64,000 nucleotides of DNA from Candidatus Latescibacterota bacterium. Its GTDB lineage: Bacteria > Latescibacterota > UBA2968. The notes below the pieces were generated by a model. It was not told where the DNA came from. It ran no database searches and saw only the letters and a list, made by a program, of their open reading frames with translations. The stretch spans positions 2,592,001 to 2,656,000 of the forward strand of contig OZ242320.1 in NCBI GenBank assembly GCA_965208125.1, written 5' to 3'. This document shows positions 18,334 to 27,359 of the stretch, piece by piece (the stretch's first letter is position 1; each line of letters starts with the position of its first letter). The position numbers and the translations under genes were made by a program.

Positions 18334-19584
18334 ATGACGCGCTTTCTAAAACGTAGCCTGTTTGCTCTGTTGGCTGCTTTTCTGGCCTTGCACCCAATTT
18401 TCGCGGCTGAAATTCCCCAGGGAGATCCCGCAGAGTTGGGGTTTTCTGCAGAGCGTCTTGCGAAGATCCAACCGGCAATGCAAGCGCTCGTGGATTCTGG
18501 GAAGTTTGCTGGTGTTTTGACGTTGATCGCCCGAAAGGGCAAGATTGTGCATTTTGAGACTGCAGGTTTGCGCGATAGGGAATCGAATAAGCCGATGACA
18601 GAGGATACGCTTTTTCGCATTTATTCTATGACCAAACCGGTTACCAGTGTTGCGATTATGATGCTTTACGAAGCGGGCAAGCTGAAGCTGGACGATCCGG
18701 TGTCTAAGTTTATTCCCGAATTTGCCGATACAAAGGTCTATACGGGTGGCGGGACCGAGAATCCTGTACTGGTGCCGCTCAAGCGCGAGATAACGATTGC
18801 GGATTTGCTGTCGCATACGTCTGGTTTGACGTATGGTATTTTTGGGCGGACATCCGTGGATACGCTTTATCGGATTGCGAATCTGTATTCGTTCAATTCA
18901 AATGCCAAATATGCACAAAAGGTGGCTCAGCTTCCTCTGCGTTTTCAGCCCGGCACCCGATGGCTCTATAGCGTGGCGACCGATATCCTCGGCAGCGTGG
19001 TTGAGGTCGCTTCAGGTATGTCTTTAGGCGAGTTTTTCTCGCAGCGCATTTTTGTACCTTTAGAGATGGTCGATACGAGTTTTTACGTGCCGGAGGAAAA
19101 GCGTGACCGCCTGGCTACGCTGTATGGAAAGGACGATGAGGGCAATTTGGAGGCGCGTAGCCTTCGGAGCAATACGCGGCGCAATGCACGGGAGTCCGGC
19201 GGTGGCGGGTTGGTGAGTACGGCTCGGGATTATCTCCGTTTTTCCCAGATGTTGCTCAATGGGGGCGAGTTGTACGGTACGCGTATTTTGAAGCCGGAGA
19301 CGGTCCAGCTTATGGCGAGCAATCATTTGCCTGAGACTGCGCGTTATCGACATCGCCAGCGCAAGAGCGATGGTTTTGGGTATGGTTTTTCTGTGATTGT
19401 AGATGAGACGGAGACGACGTGGGAGGATAGAAATGGGACGTATTATTGGTCGGGTATTGCCAAGACGCATTTCTGGATTGATCCGCAAAATGAGATGATT
19501 TCTATGGTGTGGACCCAGTTGCGCGGATCGGGCAATATTACGCGGCCTTTCCAGCCTCTGGTTTACAAGGCGCTTGTGGAGTAG
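18334..19584 (+). CDS. Secreted serine hydrolase, beta-lactamase/EstB family
   Basis: Signal peptide, IYSMTK (SxxK), LLSHTSGL, WLYS, WSG. Confidence 0.9.
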   Translation: MTRFLKRSLFALLAAFLALHPIFAAEIPQGDPAELGFSAERLAKIQPAMQALVDSGKFAGVLTLIARKGKIVHFETAGLRDRESNKPMTEDTLFRIYSMTKPVTSVAIMMLYEAGKLKLDDPVSKFIPEFADTKVYTGGGTENPVLVPLKREITIADLLSHTSGLTYGIFGRTSVDTLYRIANLYSFNSNAKYAQKVAQLPLRFQPGTRWLYSVATDILGSVVEVASGMSLGEFFSQRIFVPLEMVDTSFYVPEEKRDRLATLYGKDDEGNLEARSLRSNTRRNARESGGGGLVSTARDYLRFSQMLLNGGELYGTRILKPETVQLMASNHLPETARYRHRQRKSDGFGYGFSVIVDETETTWEDRNGTYYWSGIAKTHFWIDPQNEMISMVWTQLRGSGNITRPFQPLVYKALVE

Positions 19585-19590
19585 GGAGGC

Positions 19591-19619
19591 TTGACAAAAG
19601 TATCGAACTTTATTAGGTT
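19591..19619 (+). promoter_or_regulatory. Sigma70-like promoter for tRNA-Glu
   Basis: TTGACA-17 bp-TAGGTT, 20 bp upstream of the tRNA. Confidence 0.65.
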
Positions 19620-19639
19620 GTCGCCATCATGTTGTGAGT

Positions 19640-19715
19640 GACCCCGTCGTTCAGTGGCCTAGGACACCAGACTCTCACTCTGGAGACGGGGGTTCGACTC
19701 CCCTCGGGGTCACCA
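19640..19715 (+). tRNA. tRNA-Glu (CTC)
   Basis: GACCCCG/CGGGGTC acceptor stem, CCAGA-CT-CTC-AC-TCTGG anticodon arm, GGTTCGACTCC, CCA end. Confidence 0.96.
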
Positions 19716-19741
19716 GAAAATAATAGTGTTTTTTTTATCTG

Positions 19742-19777
19742 AAAAAGGTCGTGGGGAATAAACCCTCACGACCTTTT
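19742..19777. terminator. Bidirectional terminator between tRNA-Glu and the convergent island operon
   Basis: aaaaggtcgtgggg...cctcacgacctttt. Confidence 0.8.
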
Positions 19778-19803
19778 GTTTTTTGTCTTTGCCCAAAGTT
19801 TAG

Positions 19804-20349
19804 TCAAATAAGATCCTGGAAAGATGCAAATTGCATGACAAATCGATTCTGCGCCAGAGAGCATTTGATTGCGTCTGCTTGTGATACAGTGAGTATGCTT
19901 TCGTGTATGGCTTTGAGCAAAATACCTGGTGTATTCAACAAATAGCCCTTTCCCAATTCATACTGAATTTCTCTGGAAATTAATTTATTTTTTTCCTCAT
20001 CACAGGCCATTATCCATCGCCGACAAGTCGCAATGGCCAAACACGCAGCCTCCCCATCTCCCATTTGCTGTCTGTATCGCGTATAAGAAAGCAATTCGTT
20101 TTGATCCGCTATCTCAGTCTTTCTAAGCCATCCTTCCCCCAATGCTTGATCCAAAACGAGCCGCTGTGCTGGATATGTAATTTCCGCATAAACTTCTTCG
20201 GGAATATAAAAAGCGTATATTTGCAGTTTTTGGAGAATGTCCAAGCGATCAATTTTGATAAAGTTGATCAGAATATTTGCATCTGTAATCACACATGATT
20301 GACCATCTGTTCTCTTCTGCACGAGATCACTCCGGGAGATAGACCCCAT
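19804..20349 (-). CDS. PIN-domain protein (DUF3368-like putative ribonuclease toxin)
   Basis: VITDANILINF, PEEVYAE, MGDGEAACLAIA, MACDE; overlaps the upstream gene end by 23 bp. Confidence 0.82.
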   Translation of the reverse strand: MGSISRSDLVQKRTDGQSCVITDANILINFIKIDRLDILQKLQIYAFYIPEEVYAEITYPAQRLVLDQALGEGWLRKTEIADQNELLSYTRYRQQMGDGEAACLAIATCRRWIMACDEEKNKLISREIQYELGKGYLLNTPGILLKAIHESILTVSQADAIKCSLAQNRFVMQFASFQDLI

Positions 20350-21643
20350 GTTCAATATCGTCTTCAAATCCCATGCAGGATAGTATCTCGTCTATGACAT
20401 CATCAAATCCCACTTGTTTTGCGAGATTGACCAATTTTCTGTACGTGATTACGTGACGGCGATAGGCTTCGATGGCTAGACCCACGAAATTGAGATCAAA
20501 ATTGCTGACAGAGTGTTCTCGTCCTTTTTTTTCTTTTGGTTCTTCTCGCCCTTCTTCAATTTTTAGGTATTGTGCAACCTGTTTTGCTTCTTCTTTTTGC
20601 TCAAAGAGTTTATGAAATGCGTCTTCGGAAAGAACCTTGGTGTTTCTCAATCTGTACAAGGCGGCTTCAAAGCTGGTTCCAAAGTACGTATAGAGTTTGA
20701 CCACATCGTAAAGCGTGATGATTTGTGAGGATGCCAGGCGGCGGTGATGCCCCACAATAGGATCAGGGCCAGGTTGCTCGGTATAGGCCAACAGCCTTTC
20801 TCTGCTGGACGCACCTTTGCCGATATTTTTTAGAAATTGACTCACGCCTTCTTCTGGCATGAGAAACGCCGCTGCAAAAGCATTCGCACGCACTTCGAAT
20901 AAATCGCGGTCGTTTGAGATTTTGCTGATAGTAATGCCTTTATCCCGGTCAAGCAATATGTGACTGTATTCATGGGCGATGGTAAATGCGACTCGAGCTT
21001 TCGCCCTATCAAACTGTGCTTCGTTGATGACAATACACAACTGCGTCTCTGCATTAGCTATAAAAATACCGGAGATATGATCCTCCAAATTTTTCTTTAT
21101 AACTGGTATGCCTTGAGATTCCACCAACTCTTCCATGTCGCGGATAGGATCAATCCCCAACTCAAGACGACTGCGTTCCGCCTCTGCTGCATGTTCGCCC
21201 ATTTGAATGGCTTCCCAAACATTTTTGGGTTCACCATAAGCATATACAGGCGGTAGGTTCCGTTCCTGATCCAGATCCAAAAGTTTTTTTAAATTTCCAT
21301 ATTCTCTAAGGAGTTCGATCGCGTCCCTCAAAGAATTATAGGAGATGTGATTTTGCACGAGGTCTGGATGAGCGCGAAATAGAACGGCCAGTGCGTCTTT
21401 CTCGACAGCCCTTTCTTCTAAGAAACTGGCCATATCTCTCCCATAAAGACGCGATAGATGCATGAGTTCAATTGAACTGACCGTCCGTTGACCAGACTCG
21501 ATCTGAGAAATTGCAACACGGGTAAGCGCAACGTGACTTGCCTGAGCGTTGTGTGCAAGCAAGTCGGCAACCTGCTGTTGGGTCAATCCGATTGCTTCAC
21601 GCGCACTTTTTAATCGTTGTCCCAATTCTCTTTGCGTCAGCAT
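20327..21643 (-). CDS. XRE-family HTH fused to ImmA/IrrE (COG2856) metallopeptidase
   Basis: LGQRLKSARE..GLTQQQVA...ISQIESGQR HTH; FTIAHEYSH (HExxH); EVRANAFAAAFLMP. Confidence 0.92.
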   Translation of the reverse strand: MLTQRELGQRLKSAREAIGLTQQQVADLLAHNAQASHVALTRVAISQIESGQRTVSSIELMHLSRLYGRDMASFLEERAVEKDALAVLFRAHPDLVQNHISYNSLRDAIELLREYGNLKKLLDLDQERNLPPVYAYGEPKNVWEAIQMGEHAAEAERSRLELGIDPIRDMEELVESQGIPVIKKNLEDHISGIFIANAETQLCIVINEAQFDRAKARVAFTIAHEYSHILLDRDKGITISKISNDRDLFEVRANAFAAAFLMPEEGVSQFLKNIGKGASSRERLLAYTEQPGPDPIVGHHRRLASSQIITLYDVVKLYTYFGTSFEAALYRLRNTKVLSEDAFHKLFEQKEEAKQVAQYLKIEEGREEPKEKKGREHSVSNFDLNFVGLAIEAYRRHVITYRKLVNLAKQVGFDDVIDEILSCMGFEDDIEHGVYLPE

Positions 21644-21705
21644 TGCATTATCTCCTGCATATAAGTTTGAAAATAAGCCTCATCAATTTATTACTCATCA
21701 GTGAT

Positions 21706-23208
21706 TTACATATAAAATTTATATTTTGGCTGCACGATGCCCCCGTCCGGAATATGTTTCATGATATCCCCGATCTTTGATGAGAAAGAGCGCGTGATGG
21801 GCATTCCATCAGCAAACGAACAGTTGTTTACATTCATCTTCGTAAGCACCAGGATTTCCCGGAGAAGGTCCTTTGGGGCACTCCCTCCGTGATGCTCAAC
21901 GATTTGCCAAGGTTCAGGCACATAGGAGCTTGGATAAGTCTCCAAATAGGGAATAAAACCCATAGTAAATAAAAAATGCTGATCTTCCTCAATAGAGAAA
22001 TAAGTGCCACGGAGAGGAGGATATTTGCCTTCCCTGAACAGACGCACGCCTGTCTGCCTCAAGGCTACAAAATCGCTTTCGCATCCGCGGAATACTTCAT
22101 CAATGCCTTCATAGAACCCGTCAAGTTCGTTGTATTCTCTGTGTTCTGGACCCCAAAACTCGGATGATTTGTGAATCACGACGCGACGAGGTGGGATGCC
22201 AGTCACTTTTACGTATTCGTTCAGCGTATTCCGGATGAGTTTACGAGCAGCATCTTTTGTAAGATGTGGTGCGCGTCCGCGTTTTTCTGAATCCCATTCA
22301 AAAGGGTCGCCTCTCAGTACTAGGCCTTGACCCAAATGGTCGAAGGCTTGAGAGACACTTGATCGGATGGTCAACTTGTCGCTTAGATCCTGTGCAATAT
22401 AGAAGTTGACGCCCACAAAACATACGTCTTTTTCCAGTGCTGTCGGCCGCCAGGGTATTCCGTCAGCCTTGTAATATTGCGCTGTACAGAAATTCCACGC
22501 GCGGGTTGCCCTTTCTTGGAGAGCACCTTTTCCAACTACGGTTCGGCGCTGCAGAAGTTGAATAGGGATACCCCACCTCATTGTTCGCGCCTTGATTGCA
22601 CGGCGAAAATTGAGATGAAAGTTGCCAGAAACCCTTATGCTATGAGCCTCTTCCACAATTTCCGAAGTAAGTGCGAGGACAATGATGTCTGGAGAAGGAG
22701 AGGTGGTGGCCAGACTCTCAACTTGACTGTCGAAAAATTCGACCAATTTCCAGATACGCTCTTGCTTGTCTTCTATGGACAGAACAGCGGCAAGTTCTCT
22801 AGGTTGGACAATCCTTTCCCAGCGTTCGTTCATTTGGAAGCAGGATTGGAATGTAGAGTTCCTATTAAATCCCACAAAATCCCTATTTAAAATTTTCTCC
22901 AGTCTGGTCCGTTGTTCGTCTTGGAATACATCCTCACCAAACAATTCTCCTGGAACTGTCTCGAGTTGGTGGGTTTTTTTGACGTTTTCGCTTTCGATGG
23001 TTGAACCACATTCCTCAATCCATTCCTTTGCGCCAGAAATAGTTTCTCGCGTACCTACAAATCCGAGCTTGATCTCGGAACAATGAAGGCCAGATACGTT
23101 GATACCAAACGGCCCGAATTCTGCCAACCCTGTCTTGGCATCTTCATATTCGAAATATTTGTTGAACTGAAGCTTAGGTTCTTCCAGATATTCAATATTA
23201 ATATTCAT
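21706..23208 (-). CDS. Short prokaryotic Argonaute (MID-PIWI, catalytically inactive), 500 aa
   Basis: YLEEPKLQF..GL..FGP N-terminus, NFRRAIKA, WNFCTAQYYKA.GIPW, VVIHKSS, YPPLRGT, LTKMNVN, C-terminal YKFYM; GVNF and HKS replace catalytic Asp positions. Confidence 0.92.
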   Translation of the reverse strand: MNINIEYLEEPKLQFNKYFEYEDAKTGLAEFGPFGINVSGLHCSEIKLGFVGTRETISGAKEWIEECGSTIESENVKKTHQLETVPGELFGEDVFQDEQRTRLEKILNRDFVGFNRNSTFQSCFQMNERWERIVQPRELAAVLSIEDKQERIWKLVEFFDSQVESLATTSPSPDIIVLALTSEIVEEAHSIRVSGNFHLNFRRAIKARTMRWGIPIQLLQRRTVVGKGALQERATRAWNFCTAQYYKADGIPWRPTALEKDVCFVGVNFYIAQDLSDKLTIRSSVSQAFDHLGQGLVLRGDPFEWDSEKRGRAPHLTKDAARKLIRNTLNEYVKVTGIPPRRVVIHKSSEFWGPEHREYNELDGFYEGIDEVFRGCESDFVALRQTGVRLFREGKYPPLRGTYFSIEEDQHFLFTMGFIPYLETYPSSYVPEPWQIVEHHGGSAPKDLLREILVLTKMNVNNCSFADGMPITRSFSSKIGDIMKHIPDGGIVQPKYKFYM

Positions 23209-24562
23209 CGTTTTCCTCGGGAGTTCTAAATAAGTCATCCAAGAGATGCATCTGTCCAGTATCCTCAGTCTCCTCGTAGATGGCAAGGTCGTGGGAGATG
23301 GCGAAGTTGGCAATGAATGACAATGGTTCTTTTTCAATGGTCATTGCGGTTTTGAAGTCCAGCTTTATGTCAATAGCCGGCTTGCTTTCTGATAAAATAT
23401 CCGCCCAAAATAAGACGTGATTCAACACTTGGAGATTTCTTTCTCTTGCTTTTATTCTTGTTGTATAGGGGCCGACCTTTTCGTTGTCATATGGTACTTT
23501 ACCGTCTTCAGTGAAGAAATACTTCGGAATAATTTGAAGGTACCACGATTGGCTGATGTACTTGAAGGACAGATTGACGGCAAGATGTCTCCAGAAACTG
23601 TCCGAGCCGTATTTGAAAAATTTCGCAACGGTTCGCGCTGGAGCCGCTCTACCGGTCCTCACATTAAGCCAGTCTTGCTTGAATTCCAAACCTGTTTCAT
23701 CCTGCCGGGGAAAATAGTTGCGCCTGAAATTCGAGTTGTATCTGAGGCCGCATCTTCTTAAATGGATGCCCAGAAGTTGATTTAAAAGAAAAACATAATC
23801 TTTGCGGCGCAGATCATCAGTAGTCCAATGCTCGGCAGGCATATTAGCAATATCACTTATGTTGCAGAAATTCCGCAAGGTGCATCGGTGGTTGTGCAGG
23901 TCGGAGAAAGTATATAACCGGTCTTCAAAGATACAAAATGGAGGTCTAAAACCTTCGATTTCGTTTCTCAGGTCTTTATAATTCTTATAATCCGTGGGCG
24001 CATGGGTGATAATTTTGGGCGTGCGTTTGACTAGTAGGAGGTTGGAAAATAGCCTTTCTTTTTGTTCCATTGATATGCGAGGAGGACTTACCCCGGCAAT
24101 CCCGCATATCTGCTTATAGCAATTGGGAGTAAAGATATCAGACGCTTTGTCAAAGGTGATGTGGAAGGGGGCTTGGAAGCTTGATGGAGTGCTCTGAAGG
24201 TAAGACTTTATGTCTTTCCAATACAGTCTGTCATCTTGGGGATTATAGACAATGAACAGCACTGGAAACGTGGCATTATACCAATATTCAAGATCCTTTT
24301 TTTTAACAGGCGTAACGAAGTTGGTCTCGGAAGATTGCTGAACGTAGCTCTCACCCGACTTGGCTTGTACCTTGATTATCCCTCCATTAGTCTCAAAGCC
24401 TTTACCATCGGATTTGGGAAGGACAACTTCTATTTCACCGTCAATGCCGAAGTCGTCCTTTGAGATTTCCCGAAATATGCATTTCATTTCGTTGACAACT
24501 TCACTGATACGGTTAAGCCCCTTCCACTCCTGAAATTTTGATGGCAGAACAGTTTTGGACAT
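23198..24562 (-). CDS. DUF4365 PD-(D/E)xK-type nuclease-APAZ fusion (DREN-APAZ-like effector)
   Basis: DDFGIDGEIE...KVQAKS nuclease motif, LEYW..PV.FIVY; ERLFSNLL APAZ start, WRHLA...YLQIIPKYFFTEDG...ERN..V; 11-bp overlap with the pAgo start. Confidence 0.88.
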   Translation of the reverse strand: MSKTVLPSKFQEWKGLNRISEVVNEMKCIFREISKDDFGIDGEIEVVLPKSDGKGFETNGGIIKVQAKSGESYVQQSSETNFVTPVKKKDLEYWYNATFPVLFIVYNPQDDRLYWKDIKSYLQSTPSSFQAPFHITFDKASDIFTPNCYKQICGIAGVSPPRISMEQKERLFSNLLLVKRTPKIITHAPTDYKNYKDLRNEIEGFRPPFCIFEDRLYTFSDLHNHRCTLRNFCNISDIANMPAEHWTTDDLRRKDYVFLLNQLLGIHLRRCGLRYNSNFRRNYFPRQDETGLEFKQDWLNVRTGRAAPARTVAKFFKYGSDSFWRHLAVNLSFKYISQSWYLQIIPKYFFTEDGKVPYDNEKVGPYTTRIKARERNLQVLNHVLFWADILSESKPAIDIKLDFKTAMTIEKEPLSFIANFAISHDLAIYEETEDTGQMHLLDDLFRTPEENDEY

Positions 24563-24677
24563 GCTGAATTTCCTCTTAAGATATAAACCTGTCAATCATT
24601 TCTGATAAACAGCAATATTTTGACTAAATTGAGGCTTTAATAATGTATCTGATCCTTTCATATATGTCAATATTAAA

Positions 24678-24768
24678 TTTGTATTTTAATTTTAAATACA
24701 AAAAAATAAAACAATATCTAAAGAGTTTACAATAGAATAGGGAAGTTAAGTTTATTTAACTTCCCTAT
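24678..24768. promoter_or_regulatory. Two inverted repeats in the AT-rich leader of the pAgo operon
   Basis: tttgtattt-N7-aaatacaaa (24678-24702); atagggaagttaa-N6-ttaacttccctat (24737-24768). Confidence 0.6.
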
Positions 24769-24870
24769 CAAATTCAGGCAAATTTTGACATGCTTGTCAC
24801 TCATCACGTCATCTAAACCCTATCTTTTTTTCTTGTAGCCTTCCAATATTCAGCCGGTGTGTAATATCAG

Positions 24871-25065
24871 TTACTCAGTCTCATCAGCATCAATAAGTAT
24901 CTGTTCATACAAATCAGCAGAGACGCGAAAGTCGCAGGCCAATAATCCATCTATCAACGGCCTAATGGTTGGCAATAGACCTTTGCGCTTCGCCGATAAC
25001 AGAACCCCTAATGTGCCAATGACAGGCAACCTCAACCAGTGAGCCAATCTACGTCCATAGCTCAT
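24871..25065 (-). pseudogene. DUF3368/PIN toxin remnant (N-terminal PIN core missing)
   Basis: MSY directly followed by GRRLA..LRLPVIGTLGVLLSAKRKGLL...FRVS..LYEQIL, the family C-terminus. Confidence 0.75.
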
Positions 25066-25315
25066 CAGCCTGAAGTCGTTCGCGTTTCCATTCCTCCGCA
25101 TTGAGATCAAAGAAAGCAATGCCCAATTGAGATGCATGCTGAATAAATTCCCAGCGTGACATGTCCAATAATTGAGCCGCTTTGCCACTGGATATGCTGC
25201 CTCGGCGATATAGCTCCAGAACAATCATTTCACGAGCCGTTTCTTGAATAGGCTGATTAAGTTCCTGTAATAGAACTGCCAGATCAGCATCAAGAGTTAC
25301 TGTGACGAGTGACAC
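25049..25315 (-). CDS. UPF0175-family antitoxin
   Basis: LELYRRGSISSGKAAQLLDMSRWEFI; GTG start after AGGAG. Confidence 0.85.
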   Translation of the reverse strand: MSLVTVTLDADLAVLLQELNQPIQETAREMIVLELYRRGSISSGKAAQLLDMSRWEFIQHASQLGIAFFDLNAEEWKRERLQADELWT

Positions 25316-25396
25316 AACAATCTCCTATTTGATGTTTTTTTACTTCTTCTAACAAGAAAATGTAAAAGACTCACCACAGAAAGTCAATCAACGATC

Positions 25397-25426
25397 ATCT
25401 GCATTTATCTGCGTTCATCTGGGTTC
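25397..25426. repeat. 10-bp tandem repeat x3 (ATCTGCGTTC-like)
   Basis: atctgcattt-atctgcgttc-atctgggttc. Confidence 0.7.
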
Positions 25427-25500
25427 AGGCTCGAAGCGATGTACAACTGCGCCAGCAGTTCATTACTCGCCTTCATTCTGCGGATAAACATGATTTCAGC

Positions 25501-25590
25501 CTACAGCCCCCGCAGAGCCGATAGTGCTTCGGCGACTTCTTTTCCTTTTTGTTCGATGATGTTGAGCAGGTCTTCGGAGCGACTCTCCTC
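25501..25590 (-). pseudogene. Probable C-terminal remnant of a type I RM methyltransferase (HsdM)
   Basis: Start-less frame EESRSEDLLNIIEQKGKEVAEALSALRGL*, resembling HsdM tail helices. Confidence 0.45.
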
Positions 25591-25650
25591 GATATTGTTT
25601 TTTGGGATGGACTTACAGGATAAGTTTGGAGCAAACGCGTTTGACGTGCT

Positions 25651-26655
25651 TCAGATGACCGCCGCTTCATCTATGGAAAAGAGATTTTGTTCAGAGTCAA
25701 GCGTCGCTGTGATACCATTGGGAAGAATCATTTGAGGACTCGTATGCCCGATATCTACTTGTGTCAGGATGGGAAAATCAAATGCCGATGTATAGTAACC
25801 GATCAATGATTGAAGTAACTCTTCCTGGTCTTGAGATAGGTTGTTTATTTTTCCTGTGATCAAACCAGAAATTTTCTCAAAAAGACCGATCTGCTGGCAT
25901 TGTGCAAGGGCTTCCTCGGCATACATAAGAACCGTGTTTCCCATATTGACCTCTTCCAGATAAAGAATTTTACCGTGAAATGAAGGCCAAAATGGAGTAC
26001 CATTCAATATCGGCAGGGTATGGAGATTGCCACCTATAAGAGGTCCCTGCGCTCTGCCACCTTTGAGCCAATGCCAACCAGAATTATTTTTCATTTTGCG
26101 CGGGCTGTCTTCCCTGGGCATATCATCTGTCCAGGTCTCCGGTGCCTCCAATGGTCCCGGGGCGATTGGTGTAAACAGGACATCTTTGATACTTTCGAGT
26201 GTATAACTCAAGGGTTTCGGATATTCGCTGAGACCGTTGAGCAGGGTTGGGCCGTGGAAAGTGACCATATTGAGACGGGCGTAGATGCCAAGTAACAGAG
26301 CTGTATTCGCGCTGTATCCCATCAATATCTTAGGGGAACGCGCAATCAAATCCCAGTCGAGCAAGGGAAGGAGGGCATTGGTACCAGATCCTCCTGAGAG
26401 ACAAAAAATCGCTTTGATGTCCGGGTCAGCAAATAGGTCGTGGAGATCATCGACACGCAATTGGGGGGGGGGATTCAAATGTTCGCGTTGATGGCGTGCG
26501 TTATTCGCTATTTGAACTTTCAAACCGAGATCTTCAATAGCTGCCATGGCGCGGGAAAGCCAATTTTTAGTAAAAGAAAAAAATGAGGCAGCGGGCGATG
26601 CGATTCCCACGGTATCACCGGGTTTTAATCTCGGCGGTTTGATTATGTTACTCAT
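25651..26655 (-). CDS. S66 peptidase (LD-carboxypeptidase/MccF family)
   Basis: PPRLKPGDTVGIASPA, GYSANT (GYSD variant), GGNL, LYLEE, DIGHT. Confidence 0.9.
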   Translation of the reverse strand: MSNIIKPPRLKPGDTVGIASPAASFFSFTKNWLSRAMAAIEDLGLKVQIANNARHQREHLNPPPQLRVDDLHDLFADPDIKAIFCLSGGSGTNALLPLLDWDLIARSPKILMGYSANTALLLGIYARLNMVTFHGPTLLNGLSEYPKPLSYTLESIKDVLFTPIAPGPLEAPETWTDDMPREDSPRKMKNNSGWHWLKGGRAQGPLIGGNLHTLPILNGTPFWPSFHGKILYLEEVNMGNTVLMYAEEALAQCQQIGLFEKISGLITGKINNLSQDQEELLQSLIGYYTSAFDFPILTQVDIGHTSPQMILPNGITATLDSEQNLFSIDEAAVI

Positions 26656-26656
26656 A
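26543..26656. repeat. 114-bp direct repeat, copy 1 (5' end of S66 gene)
   Basis: Aligns without gaps to 28047-28160 (offset 1504 bp), roughly 90% identical by eye. Confidence 0.92.
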
Positions 26657-26756
26657 CTCTGAATCTCTGATTTCAACATGCCATTGACTTCCTGTTTTTA
26701 TTTTGTGATTTTAAAAAACAACTTTATATTTTTTAGACAAGCGAGAGGAGGTCTAT

Positions 26757-27359
26757 ATGTCATCTATAAAGATGCCAAAATTTAAAGAACGGAAAGCTGC
26801 TCAAGTTACACGTTTATTCATACAGTGCAATGGTGACAAAAGTTTCAGTACACGCAAACTGCTTAAGTTGATCTATCTTGTTGACAGAAAAGCATTGGAG
26901 CTATGGGGGTTTCCAGTAACCTATGATACGCCCAAAAATCTTCCGTATGAGGGCCTCATGCCTGGCCACACGTATGATCTTATCGATCCTCCAAAAAAGA
27001 AAAGAAATGCCCTGTTTATGTCTGGATCTAGCTACTGGTATCATTATTTTTGCAGGTCCAATGAGGGTCATTATACCATACCAACTGAACTAAATCCAGG
27101 AACAGCAGATCTATCTCGTGCTGAGATTGAGTTGGCCGGGAATATCTTTGATCAATTTGGATATAAGACCGATGAACAATTGGATGATTATTGCCGCACT
27201 TTGCCCGAATCAGGCCATTCAGAAACGCCACACGGGGACATCGATTGGAAGGTTCTTCTTCAGGCTGTTGGTTGGGCAGGTAAGGATTTGGCAGAAATAA
27301 AGAAAGATCTTGAATTTCAGGCAAAATTTGAGGGTCTTATTACGGCAGGAGAAATATGA
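26757..27359 (+). CDS. Panacea (DUF4065/SocA) domain antitoxin
   Basis: FKERKAAQV...KLLKLIYLVDR.AL..WG.PVTYD; LSRAEIE...IFDQFG. Confidence 0.82.
   Translation: MSSIKMPKFKERKAAQVTRLFIQCNGDKSFSTRKLLKLIYLVDRKALELWGFPVTYDTPKNLPYEGLMPGHTYDLIDPPKKKRNALFMSGSSYWYHYFCRSNEGHYTIPTELNPGTADLSRAEIELAGNIFDQFGYKTDEQLDDYCRTLPESGHSETPHGDIDWKVLLQAVGWAGKDLAEIKKDLEFQAKFEGLITAGEI

Noticed and set aside
23209-23337. N-terminal extension of pAgo in the ORF track (similarly 13156-13353, 55755-55850, 59204-59371)
   Set aside because: These overlap upstream genes; downstream starts with SD sequences or family-typical N-termini are more plausible.
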